A stretch of 64,000 bases of DNA from an uncultured Rikenellaceae bacterium (lineage in GTDB: Bacteria > Bacteroidota > Bacteroidia > Bacteroidales > VadinHA17): contig CAYUQR010000015.1 of assembly GCA_964446825.1 (NCBI GenBank), positions 125-64,124 of the forward strand. Reading direction: 5' to 3'. The notes below the pieces were generated by a model that worked only from the letters and a program-made list of their open reading frames with translations, had not been told where the DNA came from and did not search any database. Below are positions 9,158 through 19,347 of this stretch, piece after piece (the first letter of the stretch is position 1; every line of letters starts with the position of its first letter). A program made the position numbers and the translations under genes.

Positions 9158-10483
9158 ATGAAAATGAGAAATTTTAGCATATATATGAAAATGAAAATAC
9201 TAATAACATTAATCCTCGCATCGCTGTGGTCATTTAACTCACAGGCCCAGAAGATCCTTACCCTCAAAGAATGTTACGATCTTGCAAACACCAGTAACGC
9301 TCTGGCTGGCGAAAAGACTGCTTACTCCGAGATCTCAAGACTTAAGGATAACAACCTGTCGAAGGGCTGGCTTCCGACTCTCGACGCAAACGGAAGTTTT
9401 GTTTACAATTCTTCAGTTATTGATCTCAGTTCGGTACTTGGCTCATTGCCGGTTCCCGGAATTGCAAATGCTATAAAGCCGCTTCCAAATGAACAATATA
9501 AAATAACCATCGACATTAACCAGGTAATTTATGACGGAGGCGCCATAAAAGGTGCCAGAGACCTTGAAAAAGCAAATCTCAAAGTAAACGAAAAACAGAC
9601 TGAAACTGACCTGTATAAATTGCGTGAACAGATAAACGGATATTACTTTAATCTTATGCTTCTTGCACGGCAGAAAGAATTGCTCGATAACTATCATGAA
9701 TTAATAAAGAAAAAAATCGATGCTATGGAGTCAGCTGTTGCCAATGGTGTTATTTTGAAATCGGATATTGACGTTCTTAATTCGGAAAAAATCAATATTG
9801 AACAACAATTATCTGAAAATGAAATCAGGAAAACCACTTTGCTTAAAGTACTGTCTGACATTACCGGGAAAGAGATAGATGCTTCAACTGAGTTTATTGT
9901 CCCTTCTGTATCTGCAGAGCTGACAAATGAAATATCCCGGCCGGAACTTCAGCTTTTCGACATGAAAAAAGAGCAGCTTGACGCCGGAATAAAAGCAATT
10001 GACAGTAAAAGAATGCCGGTTGCTTTTGGCTTCGCTACTTTCGGGTATGGAAATCCTCCAGGAAGCAATTTCTTCAAGGATGAATTTGCTCCTTATTATA
10101 TTGTAGGGGCTGGTGTAAAATGGAACATATTTGACTGGAATAAAGTTAAAAACGAAAAACAGATTGTTACTCTTCAGCAGGGTATAATTGAGAACCGCAA
10201 AAACGACCTGACGGATAACCTTAAAAGACTCCTGGAGTCTAAAAATGCTGAAATAAAAAGCTATATAGCATTGACAGAATCAGACTCAGAATTGATAACC
10301 CTCAGGAAAAGAATTACTGCTACAGCTGAATCACAATATAAAAACGGCACCATTACTGCCACGGAATATCTTAATGAACTTAATTCTGAACGACAGGCCA
10401 TCTTAAATTATGAGATCCATAAATTAAACCTTGCCCTTGCAAGAGTCGAATACCTTAATATCAGTGGAAAAGAAATTGAATAA
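9158..10483 (+). CDS. TolC-family outer-membrane efflux protein
   Basis: 441-aa ORF. A signal peptide more likely starts at the internal MKMKILITLILASLWSFNSQAQ (ATG 9185). Coiled-coil repeats are typical of TolC. Confidence 0.85.
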   Translation: MKMRNFSIYMKMKILITLILASLWSFNSQAQKILTLKECYDLANTSNALAGEKTAYSEISRLKDNNLSKGWLPTLDANGSFVYNSSVIDLSSVLGSLPVPGIANAIKPLPNEQYKITIDINQVIYDGGAIKGARDLEKANLKVNEKQTETDLYKLREQINGYYFNLMLLARQKELLDNYHELIKKKIDAMESAVANGVILKSDIDVLNSEKINIEQQLSENEIRKTTLLKVLSDITGKEIDASTEFIVPSVSAELTNEISRPELQLFDMKKEQLDAGIKAIDSKRMPVAFGFATFGYGNPPGSNFFKDEFAPYYIVGAGVKWNIFDWNKVKNEKQIVTLQQGIIENRKNDLTDNLKRLLESKNAEIKSYIALTESDSELITLRKRITATAESQYKNGTITATEYLNELNSERQAILNYEIHKLNLALARVEYLNISGKEIE

Positions 10484-10498
10484 CAAACACTTAAAAAT

Positions 10499-11392
10499 AT
10501 GAAAATCAGATTACTAATAATTATTCTTGCTACACTTCTTTTCGGTTGTAAAAATAATACGGAAGAAGCTGATGCCTATGGAAATTTTGAATCCACGGAG
10601 GTCATTGTCTCTGCGGAAACAGGCGGACGTATAATGCAGTTTGACTGTGTTGAAGGTTCTCCCATTGAAAAAGGTTCAACAATAGCCCTGGTTGATACAA
10701 CACTTTTTCATCTGCAAAAAGCCGAAATTAATGCCGGGATAAAAAGCATTAAAACCCGTATTGCTTCAATCAATGCACAGAATGAAATTCTCTCACAGCA
10801 GATCGAAAACATTAATGTCAACATAGCACGTATAAGCAATATGCTTAAAAATGATGCAGCAACTCAAAAGCAGCTCGATGACCTTACCGGGCAGGTAGCT
10901 GTACTGCAAAAACAGATAAGTGCAAACAACACCCAGAAGATATCCGTTACTGCTGACATTACTGTGAATGCATCGAAAAAAACGACTCTTAATGAACAGA
11001 TAACCAGGAGTAGTGTAAAAAGTCCGCTGAAGGGTACAATTATTGAAAAATATGCTGAAGCAGGTGAAATGACGGCACCCGGCAAACCTCTTGTCAAATT
11101 ATCCGACCTGTCTGTTATGAAACTTAAGGTTTATGTGAGCGGAGCGCAACTGGGCAGTATCAAGACAGGTCAGCAATGTACTGTCAGAATTGATAAAGGT
11201 GACAAGGGATTCACTTCATTTCCGGGAACCATAAGTTACATATCAGATAAAGCTGAGTTCACACCTAAGATAATACAGACAAAAGAAGAACGTGTCATCC
11301 TGGTTTATGCAGTAAAAATAGATGTTGCTAATGACGGGGCTCTGAAATCGGGGATGCCGGGTGAAGCCATTTTCTCACCAACCGGAAAGTGA
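10499..11392 (+). CDS. HlyD-family membrane-fusion/adaptor protein (YbhG-like)
   Basis: 297-aa lipoprotein-like ORF (LLFGC) with a coiled coil and a biotinyl-lipoyl-like beta region. Precedes the ABC ATPases and ABC-2 permeases. Confidence 0.85.
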   Translation: MKIRLLIIILATLLFGCKNNTEEADAYGNFESTEVIVSAETGGRIMQFDCVEGSPIEKGSTIALVDTTLFHLQKAEINAGIKSIKTRIASINAQNEILSQQIENINVNIARISNMLKNDAATQKQLDDLTGQVAVLQKQISANNTQKISVTADITVNASKKTTLNEQITRSSVKSPLKGTIIEKYAEAGEMTAPGKPLVKLSDLSVMKLKVYVSGAQLGSIKTGQQCTVRIDKGDKGFTSFPGTISYISDKAEFTPKIIQTKEERVILVYAVKIDVANDGALKSGMPGEAIFSPTGK

Positions 11393-11396
11393 TAAG

Positions 11397-12311
11397 ATGA
11401 ATGCAATAATAGAATCATCAGGTGTAAGCAAAGTTTTCGGAACGACTAAAGCTCTGACCGATATCTCATTCACAATAAATGAATCTGAGATATTTGGATT
11501 TATAGGACCTGATGGTGCAGGGAAAACCACTCTTTTCAGGATTATTACCACCCTTCTCCTGCCTGACAAAGGAACAATGAATGTTCTCGGACTTAATAGT
11601 GTAAAAAATTATAAAGAACTAAGAAAATATATTGGTTATATGCCCGGAAGGTTCAGTCTTTACCAGGACCTTTCAGTTGAAGAGAATCTTAATTTTTATG
11701 CCACTGTTTTCGGAACTACTGTTGAAGAAAATTATGATCTGATCTCGGAAATTTATTCTCACATCGAGCCATTTAAAAAACGACTTGCCGGACAGCTTTC
11801 AGGAGGGATGAAACAGAAACTGGCATTGTCATGTGCGCTCATACATAAACCTAAACTTCTCGTACTGGATGAACCAACCACGGGTGTTGACGCCGTATCG
11901 CGTTCCGAGTTCTGGGATATGCTTGGAAAATTACGCAAATACAATATTACAATAATCGTTTCCACGCCATATATGGATGAAGCTATGCGTTGCGACCGCG
12001 TAGCTTTGATCCAGAATGGAACGATCCTCGCAATCGATTCCCCCGGGAAAATCAGGGAAGGATTCAGCAGAAGACTTTTTACTGTAAAATCAGCTGAAAA
12101 ATACAAATTAATAATTGCGCTGAGAAAATTCCCGGATACATTTACCGCTTACCCTTTCGGAGATTCTGTACATGTTACATTTGTGAACGACGATGCTGAA
12201 AAATCACTCTTTAGTTTTCTGCAGGGTGAAGGGCTTTTTGATGTCGAAATTAATGCAGCTGAAGCTGGCATTGAAGACAGATTCCTTGAATTAATGAACA
12301 AAGAACAATGA
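11397..12311 (+). CDS. ABC transporter ATP-binding protein (first of two; YbhF half-like)
   Basis: Walker A GPDGAGKTT, signature LSGGMKQKLALSCAL, Walker B LLVLDEPTTGVD. The track start (GTG 11361) overlaps hlyD; ATG 11397 (MNAIIESSGV) lies 4 nt after the hlyD stop. Confidence 0.9.
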   Translation: MNAIIESSGVSKVFGTTKALTDISFTINESEIFGFIGPDGAGKTTLFRIITTLLLPDKGTMNVLGLNSVKNYKELRKYIGYMPGRFSLYQDLSVEENLNFYATVFGTTVEENYDLISEIYSHIEPFKKRLAGQLSGGMKQKLALSCALIHKPKLLVLDEPTTGVDAVSRSEFWDMLGKLRKYNITIIVSTPYMDEAMRCDRVALIQNGTILAIDSPGKIREGFSRRLFTVKSAEKYKLIIALRKFPDTFTAYPFGDSVHVTFVNDDAEKSLFSFLQGEGLFDVEINAAEAGIEDRFLELMNKEQ

Positions 12312-13042
12312 TGGAAAACAAGGTCATAATAGTAAAGAATCTTGTTAAGAAGTTCGGAAATTTTGTTGCGAATGACAATCTTAATTTTGAGGTTTCCGGG
12401 GGAGAGATATTTGGATTCCTTGGTGCCAACGGAGCAGGCAAAACAACAGCTTTAAGAATTTTATCCGGACTTTCCAAGCCATCTTCAGGTGAAGTAAGCG
12501 TTGCAGGCTACGATGCGTATAAACAAACGGAGCTGATCAAAAAAAATATCGGATATATGTGTCAGAAATTTTCCCTTTACGAAGATCTTACCGTAAGAGA
12601 AAATATTATTCTGTACGGAGGTATTTATGGAATGAGCAAATCACTTATAAGGGAAAGGCTTACTGAACTCCTCTCAAAACTCAGGTTCCGTGAGTATGAG
12701 AACCGGATTATTGCAGATCTTCCCCTGGGACTAAGACAAAAACTGGCTTTCTCTGTGGCGGTCCTTCATGAACCAAGGATTGTGTTCCTTGATGAACCGA
12801 CAGGAGGTGTTGACCCGATAACCAGGAGACAATTCTGGGAAATGATATATGAAACAGCTTCAAGGGGAATAACAGTATTTGTTACAACACACTATATGGA
12901 CGAAGCCGAATATTGCGACCGGATATCAATAATGAACGAAGGGAAAATTGTAGCCCTTGACACTCCTGCCAATTTGAAAAAACAATATAATGCTTCATCG
13001 GTAGAGGAGGTATTCATTAAAATAGCGAGACCAAATTTATAA
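12308..13042 (+). CDS. ABC transporter ATP-binding protein (second; YbhF half-like)
   Basis: Walker A GANGAGKTT, Walker B IVFLDEPTGGVD, with a degenerate signature (LPLGLRQKLAFSVAV). ATGA overlap with the upstream ATPase gene. Confidence 0.9.
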   Translation: MMENKVIIVKNLVKKFGNFVANDNLNFEVSGGEIFGFLGANGAGKTTALRILSGLSKPSSGEVSVAGYDAYKQTELIKKNIGYMCQKFSLYEDLTVRENIILYGGIYGMSKSLIRERLTELLSKLRFREYENRIIADLPLGLRQKLAFSVAVLHEPRIVFLDEPTGGVDPITRRQFWEMIYETASRGITVFVTTHYMDEAEYCDRISIMNEGKIVALDTPANLKKQYNASSVEEVFIKIARPNL

Positions 13043-13063
13043 ACCAGACTATTAATACATTAT

Positions 13064-14173
13064 ATGAAAAAATTTCTGGGGTTTGTTAAAAAAGAGTTCC
13101 TGCATATCTTCAGGGATTACAGGACGCTCTTTATACTTTTCGGGATCCCTGCCGCTCAGATACTCATTTTTGGCTTTGCTGTAAGCACTGACATTAAAAA
13201 TGCCGGTGTGGCAGTGCTCGATCTCTCGCATGATGAGATAACAAGACAATTATCTGAAAAAATAATATCTTCCGGTTTTTTCAAAAGTACCGGAAGCCTG
13301 CTCAATTATAATGATATTGACCGTACATTTAAAAAGGGTAAAACTAAAGCTGTAATAGTTTTTGAGAAAGATTTCGGTCAAAAGCTGATTAATGAAGGAA
13401 ATGCTTCTCTCAATATAATTGCTGATGGTTCAGAGCCAAACACAGCCACCCTTGTAACAAACTATATAACTGCAATTGTTAGAGATTTCAATTCGGAACT
13501 GGCGGGTCCGGCTCCTAATAATTCAGTAAGGATAAAACCCGAAGTAAAAATGTTTTATAACCCAAATCTAAAAAGTCCTTTTATGTTCGTTCCGGGGGTA
13601 ATAACGCTGATACTCATACTCATCTGTGCGCTTATGACATCCGTTACAATAACCCGGGAAAAAGAGTTCGGTACAATGGAGGTCCTGCTCGTATCACCAC
13701 TGAGGCCTGTTCAGATCATTCTTGGAAAAGTAATGCCATATTTCATTCTCTCATTTATAAATGTCATTCTTATACTAATCCTGTCGTGGTTTGTGTTCGG
13801 ACTTCCTGTAAAAGGAAGCATGGCCCTGCTCCTTGCTGAGAGCATGCTCTATATACTTATGAGCCTTACCCTCGGAATTTTGATCTCAACCGTGTCAAGT
13901 ACCATGCAGCAGGCAATATTTATTTCTCTTATCGGATTGATGTTACCAACTGTACTTCTGTCCGGATTTATCTTTCCGATTGAAAATATGCCAAAAGTAT
14001 ATGATTATGTCAGTATGATTCTGCCACCAAGATATTTCATAGTAATAATTAAGAATATAATGATAAAGGGCACCGGTATACTGTACATATGGAAAGAGAC
14101 ACTTATACTGATCGCTATGACAGTAATATTTGTAGGGCTTAGTGTAAGAAATTTTAAGATCAGACTCGAGTAG
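13064..14173 (+). CDS. ABC-2 type transporter permease (YbhS/YbhR-like)
   Basis: 369-aa ORF with an N-terminal TM, a periplasmic loop and five C-terminal TMs, typical of ABC-2 permeases. Confidence 0.88.
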   Translation: MKKFLGFVKKEFLHIFRDYRTLFILFGIPAAQILIFGFAVSTDIKNAGVAVLDLSHDEITRQLSEKIISSGFFKSTGSLLNYNDIDRTFKKGKTKAVIVFEKDFGQKLINEGNASLNIIADGSEPNTATLVTNYITAIVRDFNSELAGPAPNNSVRIKPEVKMFYNPNLKSPFMFVPGVITLILILICALMTSVTITREKEFGTMEVLLVSPLRPVQIILGKVMPYFILSFINVILILILSWFVFGLPVKGSMALLLAESMLYILMSLTLGILISTVSSTMQQAIFISLIGLMLPTVLLSGFIFPIENMPKVYDYVSMILPPRYFIVIIKNIMIKGTGILYIWKETLILIAMTVIFVGLSVRNFKIRLE

Positions 14174-14319
14174 AAGGATGGGGAGAAGAGGAGAAGAGAA
14201 GAAGATGAAAAAAATAAAAGTAAAGAATAAAAAAAATAATAGTTCCCCCTCTTTACGAAGTTGAGAGGGGGCGGAGGGGGTGAGTTCATGAAGAAGAAAT
14301 GAATAATAAAGAGTAAACC

Positions 14320-15438
14320 ATGAGGACAATATTTTACCTGATAAGAAAAGAGTTTATCCAGATATTCCGGAATAAATTTATTTCAAAAGCAATTTTTGCA
14401 GTGCCGATTGTTCAGATGCTTATTTTGGTTCCCGCAGTAACATTCGAAATAAAAAACATAAATCTGGCAATTATTGACAAGGATATGACACCCGAATCGA
14501 GGGGTCTGATAAATAAGCTGGAAGGTTCAACCTTTTTTAAGGTTACATTTTCAACCTTCTCTGAAAAAGAGGCAAATAACCTTCTCCATAAAAACAAATG
14601 CAGTATGGTGCTTCAGATTCCATCAGGTTTTGGAAAGGATATCGGTAGTGGAAACCCGGGTAAATTAATGGCCACAATTGATGCCATAAATGCCTCAAAT
14701 GCCCAGCTTACATGGGCTTATTTCAATGGTGTTATAAGCGATTATAATTTGGATATCATCAAAGAGAATATAAACACAAACCCTCCTTATCCCCTGTCTA
14801 AGATAAAAATTTCCAATAGGTACTGGTATAATGAAACGTTAAACTATAAGTATTACATGCTTCCCGGAATATTGGTAATACTTGTCACAGCAGTAGGGTT
14901 CCTGCTTGCCGGATTAAATATGGTCAGGGAAAAAGAGATTGGTACAATTGAACAGATAAATGTTACCCCTGTTAAGAAGTATCATTTCATAATCGGTAAA
15001 ATGGTCCCTTTTTTGATGATCGGGCTTGTCGATCTTGCCCTCGGTCTTGTTCTTGGGAAACTGGCTTTTAATATCCCATTTGAAGGAAGTATTCTACTCC
15101 TGTTTCTTTCCAGTTCAATATTCCTGGTTGCAGTTCTGGGAATGGCTCTTTTCATATCTGCTTTTTCAGGAACTCAGCAACAATATATGTTCGTTGCATT
15201 TTTCTGTATGGTAATCTTTATTCTCATGAGCGGCATCTTCACTCCCTACGAAAGTATGCCGATGTGGGCCCAGGATTTCAATCTTATTAATCCTGTTGCA
15301 TACCTTATGCGCATAAACAGAATGGTAATGCTTAAAGGATCATCAATGCATAATATAAACCGCGAGATCTATTCGCTGATACTGATTGCCATAGTTTTTA
15401 CATTTCTCGCAGTAAGACGTTACCGCAAGACAGCATAA
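14320..15438 (+). CDS. ABC-2 type transporter permease (YbhS/YbhR-like paralog)
   Basis: 372-aa ORF with the same architecture as 13064..14173 (shared motif REKE(F/I)GT(M/I)E). Confidence 0.88.
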   Translation: MRTIFYLIRKEFIQIFRNKFISKAIFAVPIVQMLILVPAVTFEIKNINLAIIDKDMTPESRGLINKLEGSTFFKVTFSTFSEKEANNLLHKNKCSMVLQIPSGFGKDIGSGNPGKLMATIDAINASNAQLTWAYFNGVISDYNLDIIKENINTNPPYPLSKIKISNRYWYNETLNYKYYMLPGILVILVTAVGFLLAGLNMVREKEIGTIEQINVTPVKKYHFIIGKMVPFLMIGLVDLALGLVLGKLAFNIPFEGSILLLFLSSSIFLVAVLGMALFISAFSGTQQQYMFVAFFCMVIFILMSGIFTPYESMPMWAQDFNLINPVAYLMRINRMVMLKGSSMHNINREIYSLILIAIVFTFLAVRRYRKTA

Positions 15439-15537
15439 GAAGAAGGCTTTAAAAGCAGTAGCGACAGCAGAAGCAGCAGAGGCCTTATTTGCTGAAGAGA
15501 ATGAAAAGCGTTATTAACAGGCATGTACTTGCCAGTA

Positions 15538-16404
15538 CTATTTAAGCACAATAGTGGTCTTTACCGGCCAGTGATCAGAGATATATATGCCGTGTTCTTT
15601 TTTGATTATTGTCTTATGGTTAGTGACCTTCATGCCATTCCTGACAAAAACATAATCAATCCTCCCATTCCCGTTTTTATTGTCAAATCCGTTATAAGTA
15701 CCGGAAGGGACTGAAGGCTTCTTCTCTGATATTACAAAAGAATCTTTAAATAATGGTACACTCTCATCCGGGCCTGTCAGTATCTTATAGCCTATGCTGT
15801 TTGGGCGCATGTTAAAATCGCCTGTAATAATAAACGGGAATCCTGCTGAAATTTTTCCAACCTCTTTAAGCAACATTTTTGAACTCAAAATTCTTGCAGA
15901 ATGGGAATCGTGTGCAAAATGTGTATTAAAACAGAAGAAATGCTTTTCGCTATTCTCCTCAACAAGCTCCACCCATGTTACTATTCTGGGTAGTGATGAA
16001 CCCCATCCTTTCGATCCGGGAACTTCAGGTGTATCAGAAAGCCAGAATGTAATAGTCCTGACAAGTTCAAACCTGTCCTTTCTGTAGAATATCGGATTCA
16101 TCTCCCCTGCCTTTATGCCGTCGTCGCATCCGACTCCTACTGAATTATAATCAGTAAGGGCTGAATCAAGTACTTCATATTGATTCCATAATACCTCCTG
16201 CACGCCAATTATATCGGGTTTTTCGTTTGTTAAAAAATCACATACCTGCCGAGCCCTGTTTTTCCATGCAAAGGTGCTGTCTTCAGGATTATCAAATCTG
16301 ACATTAAATGTCATGACCTGTATAGCATCCTTGTCTGTATGCCTGGAACATGCAACAATAAATAAGATAAATAGAGAAATTATTAACGTAAGTCGCTTTT
16401 TCAT
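15538..16404 (-). CDS. Endonuclease/exonuclease/phosphatase (EEP) family protein, lipoprotein
   Basis: 288-aa ORF with lipobox FIVAC. EEP motifs VMTFNVR, IIGVQEV, GDFN and SDHWPV. Confidence 0.85.
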   Translation of the reverse strand: MKKRLTLIISLFILFIVACSRHTDKDAIQVMTFNVRFDNPEDSTFAWKNRARQVCDFLTNEKPDIIGVQEVLWNQYEVLDSALTDYNSVGVGCDDGIKAGEMNPIFYRKDRFELVRTITFWLSDTPEVPGSKGWGSSLPRIVTWVELVEENSEKHFFCFNTHFAHDSHSARILSSKMLLKEVGKISAGFPFIITGDFNMRPNSIGYKILTGPDESVPLFKDSFVISEKKPSVPSGTYNGFDNKNGNGRIDYVFVRNGMKVTNHKTIIKKEHGIYISDHWPVKTTIVLK

Positions 16405-16709
16405 TAGTAGGTTTGTTTTTTGTTAATGGTTCATAAAACTGGCCGTGATCTCAAACCATCTTTTAAAATCCTATCTGTAAACAAAATGAAGATTATGGAT
16501 TCCCTTTTCCCTTATTCAAATACAAATATAAGCAACTGAAATTAAAAAACGTTATAGTTACTTTATTGTAGCATCCCGGGTATTCTCAAAGCTAGTCTGC
16601 CAATTATTTATATATTTGTAAAATTGTTTAAACAAGGGATTCATTAATTTACTTAAAATCCTGAATTCCAGTACAATATTAACAATAAAGTATAAAATTA
16701 CCTTAATAA

Positions 16710-18518
16710 ATGCCTGATGTAATTAAGCTCTTACCCGATTCCGTGGCTAATCAGATTGCTGCAGGGGAAGTTATACAGAGGCCGGCTTCTGTGGTAAAAG
16801 AGCTGTTAGAAAACTCTGTTGATGCAGGAGGAAAAAATATCAGGGTAATAATTAAAGATTCAGGAAAAACTCTGATCCAGGTTATTGATGACGGATCCGG
16901 AATGTCTGAAACAGACGCAAGACTTGCGTTTGAGAGGCATGCCACGTCAAAGATAACAACAGCACAGGATTTATTTGCAATCACAACAAAAGGGTTCCGT
17001 GGAGAAGCTCTTGCCTCTGTTGCTGCTGTCGCTATGGTGGAACTTAAAACACGCAGGGAAGATAGCGATACAGGAATAATGATAGTCATAAGTGGCTCTA
17101 AAGTTGAAACACAGGAGCCCTGCAGCTGCTCTGCCGGGTCAAGCTTTTCGGTAAAAAACCTCTTTTTCAATATCCCTGCACGCCGCAAATTTCTTAAATC
17201 AGACAATACCGAAATCAGACATATTGTTAATGAATTTCAAAAAGTCGTTTTAGCACACCCTGATATTAAATTCTCTTTGCATCACAATGATAATGAAATC
17301 TATAACCTGATACCAGGTAATTTAAGACAGCGTATCATAGGTGTTTTCGGGAAACAGATTAATAATGAACTTATAACTCTCGAGACCGAAACAAGTCTTA
17401 TCATTATAAAGGGATTTATCGGAAAACCCGAGAATGCGAGACGAACTTACGGGGAACAATTCTTTTTTGTCAATAACCGCTTTATGAAACATCCTTATTT
17501 TCATAAAGCTGTAGTTGAAGCTTACCAGAATATACTACCTCCTGAAGCCATACCATCGTATTTCATCTTTATGGAGGCTGATCCTGCAAGTATTGACATA
17601 AATATACATCCCACAAAGACTGAAATCAAGTTTGAAGATGAAAGAGCTATCTGGCAGATACTTATGGCTTCAGTGCGGGAAGCCCTTGGCAGGTTTAATA
17701 TTGTCCCGTCACTTGACTTTGATAATGAAGCCCTTATAGAAATGCCGGTTATAAGTTCATCGGGCAATATACCCGGGCAGCCTGAAATTCAAATTAATAC
17801 ACAATTTAATCCCTTTACAGCTGACGAAAACCAAATAACCAGCCCGGGTTATATTGAACGGTTTGAAAGGGATAACATGGCTAACTGGGAAAAACTTTAC
17901 TCCTCGCTTGAAAAAGGAGATGATAATACTGAACCCATTGAAAACCTGAAGGAGTCACAAAGAAAATTATTCCAGATAAAAAATAAATATATCGTCTGTC
18001 CTGTAAAATCAGGTCTGATGCTGATCGACCAGAAAAGGGCACATGAAAGGATCTTATACGAAAAGTTCCTCGATTGTATCAGTAATAACCGGGCTGTAAG
18101 CCAGGTGGATATGTTCCCGGTTACAATGAAACTAAATCCTGCTGATTACTTTATTCTGAAAGAAATTGAAGCAGAACTTGAATTACTTGGATTCAAAATC
18201 AAACATTCCGGAAAAAATAAAGTTATTATTAAAGGAAGACCTTCAGGTAGTGATTACTCTGATCCTCTTGAGATGCTGGAAATCCTGCTTGAGGATTATA
18301 AAAACACACAGGAAGATCCGACTACAGGGGCAAAAGTTAAGGTTGCAGCTGCTATGGCGAGCGCTTCTGCAATTCCTTATGGCAAAACATTAAGCCAGCA
18401 TGAAATGGAAGACCTGTTCGATACCTTGTTCGCATGTCATGCACCCAATTACACCTCAAAAGGGAAGCCTGTAATCAGTATTATTTTACTTGATGAAATT
18501 GATAAAAGATTTAAATAG
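16710..18518 (+). CDS. mutL: DNA mismatch repair protein MutL
   Basis: 602-aa ORF. N-terminus LPDSVANQIAAGEVIQRPASVVKELLENSVDAG (GHKL ATPase), plus GFRGEALASV and a C-terminal dimerisation domain. Confidence 0.97.
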   Translation: MPDVIKLLPDSVANQIAAGEVIQRPASVVKELLENSVDAGGKNIRVIIKDSGKTLIQVIDDGSGMSETDARLAFERHATSKITTAQDLFAITTKGFRGEALASVAAVAMVELKTRREDSDTGIMIVISGSKVETQEPCSCSAGSSFSVKNLFFNIPARRKFLKSDNTEIRHIVNEFQKVVLAHPDIKFSLHHNDNEIYNLIPGNLRQRIIGVFGKQINNELITLETETSLIIIKGFIGKPENARRTYGEQFFFVNNRFMKHPYFHKAVVEAYQNILPPEAIPSYFIFMEADPASIDINIHPTKTEIKFEDERAIWQILMASVREALGRFNIVPSLDFDNEALIEMPVISSSGNIPGQPEIQINTQFNPFTADENQITSPGYIERFERDNMANWEKLYSSLEKGDDNTEPIENLKESQRKLFQIKNKYIVCPVKSGLMLIDQKRAHERILYEKFLDCISNNRAVSQVDMFPVTMKLNPADYFILKEIEAELELLGFKIKHSGKNKVIIKGRPSGSDYSDPLEMLEILLEDYKNTQEDPTTGAKVKVAAAMASASAIPYGKTLSQHEMEDLFDTLFACHAPNYTSKGKPVISIILLDEIDKRFK

Positions 18519-18603
18519 AAATAATGACAATTTGTCGGTTTAAAAATTAAAATGAATTTTGGCCCGACTATTGAAGTTTTAAAACAAAATTATAAATAAA
18601 TAT

Positions 18604-19347
18604 ATGAACGGATTCGGAAGAGGTTTATTAGGGATGCCCCCGGTAGTAAAGAATATTATCCTTTTAAATGTATTAATGCTTTTAATTACCTGGGCAGTTA
18701 AAAGTGTAACTGGGACCGATCTCACTATGGTTCTTGGTCTCTACTTCCCCAAATCAGAACATTTCATGCCGGTGCAGATACTTTCTCATATGTTTATGCA
18801 TGGTGGTTTTCTGCACCTTTTATTTAATATGTATGCTCTGTTCTTATTTGGACAGGTGCTTGAAAACGTATGGGGTCCCAAAAGATTTTTGTTTTTTTAT
18901 ATGGTTTGTGGTCTGGGTGCAGCATTTACGCATGAATCAGTTATTTTCTTCCAGTATCATCACCTTGTCCAGGTCCTTAGTCCTGATAATCTCAAACTTG
19001 TTTTTGACAAGGGAGCCGCTTATTTAAGTCAGGGAAAAGTATTTACAGATCCTGCAATGCAAAGTCTGCAGATTTTGCTTAATACACCAACCGTTGGTGC
19101 TTCAGGAGCGATATTCGGAGTACTTCTGGCTTTCGGCGTCCTTTTCCCGAACACTCAGCTGTTGATTATCTTTCCTCCAATCCCGATAAAAGCCAAATAC
19201 CTGGTAATTGGTTACGGAGCAATCGAGCTATACCTTGCCGTTACTCAACCCGGGAGCAATATAGCCCATGCCGCTCACCTGGGAGGTATGTTATTTGGTT
19301 ATATACTGATAAGATACTGGAGAAAAACAACTAACACCTTATATTAA
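18604..19347 (+). CDS. Rhomboid-family intramembrane serine protease
   Basis: 247-aa polytopic ORF with catalytic GASGAIFG (Ser) and AHLGGMLFG (His), plus an HxxxN motif (HLLFNMYAL). Confidence 0.9.
   Translation: MNGFGRGLLGMPPVVKNIILLNVLMLLITWAVKSVTGTDLTMVLGLYFPKSEHFMPVQILSHMFMHGGFLHLLFNMYALFLFGQVLENVWGPKRFLFFYMVCGLGAAFTHESVIFFQYHHLVQVLSPDNLKLVFDKGAAYLSQGKVFTDPAMQSLQILLNTPTVGASGAIFGVLLAFGVLFPNTQLLIIFPPIPIKAKYLVIGYGAIELYLAVTQPGSNIAHAAHLGGMLFGYILIRYWRKTTNTLY

Noticed and set aside
8731-9267. 178-aa ORF antisense to the TetR gene, plus many other 60-170 aa antisense ORFs in the track (e.g. 620..976, 16751..17206, 38329..38691, 43068..43655, 48300..48803)
   Set aside because: All lie fully inside, and antisense to or out of frame with, long ORFs that have clear family motifs. 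Their translations are low-complexity or Cys/Phe/Leu-rich, typical of AT-rich shadow frames.
13943-14329. 128-aa and 94-aa - strand ORFs spanning the permease-permease spacer
   Set aside because: They are products of the polypurine/polypyrimidine spacer (FFSSSSLLLFSPSFY...) and overlap the end of a bona fide permease gene. They are not coding.
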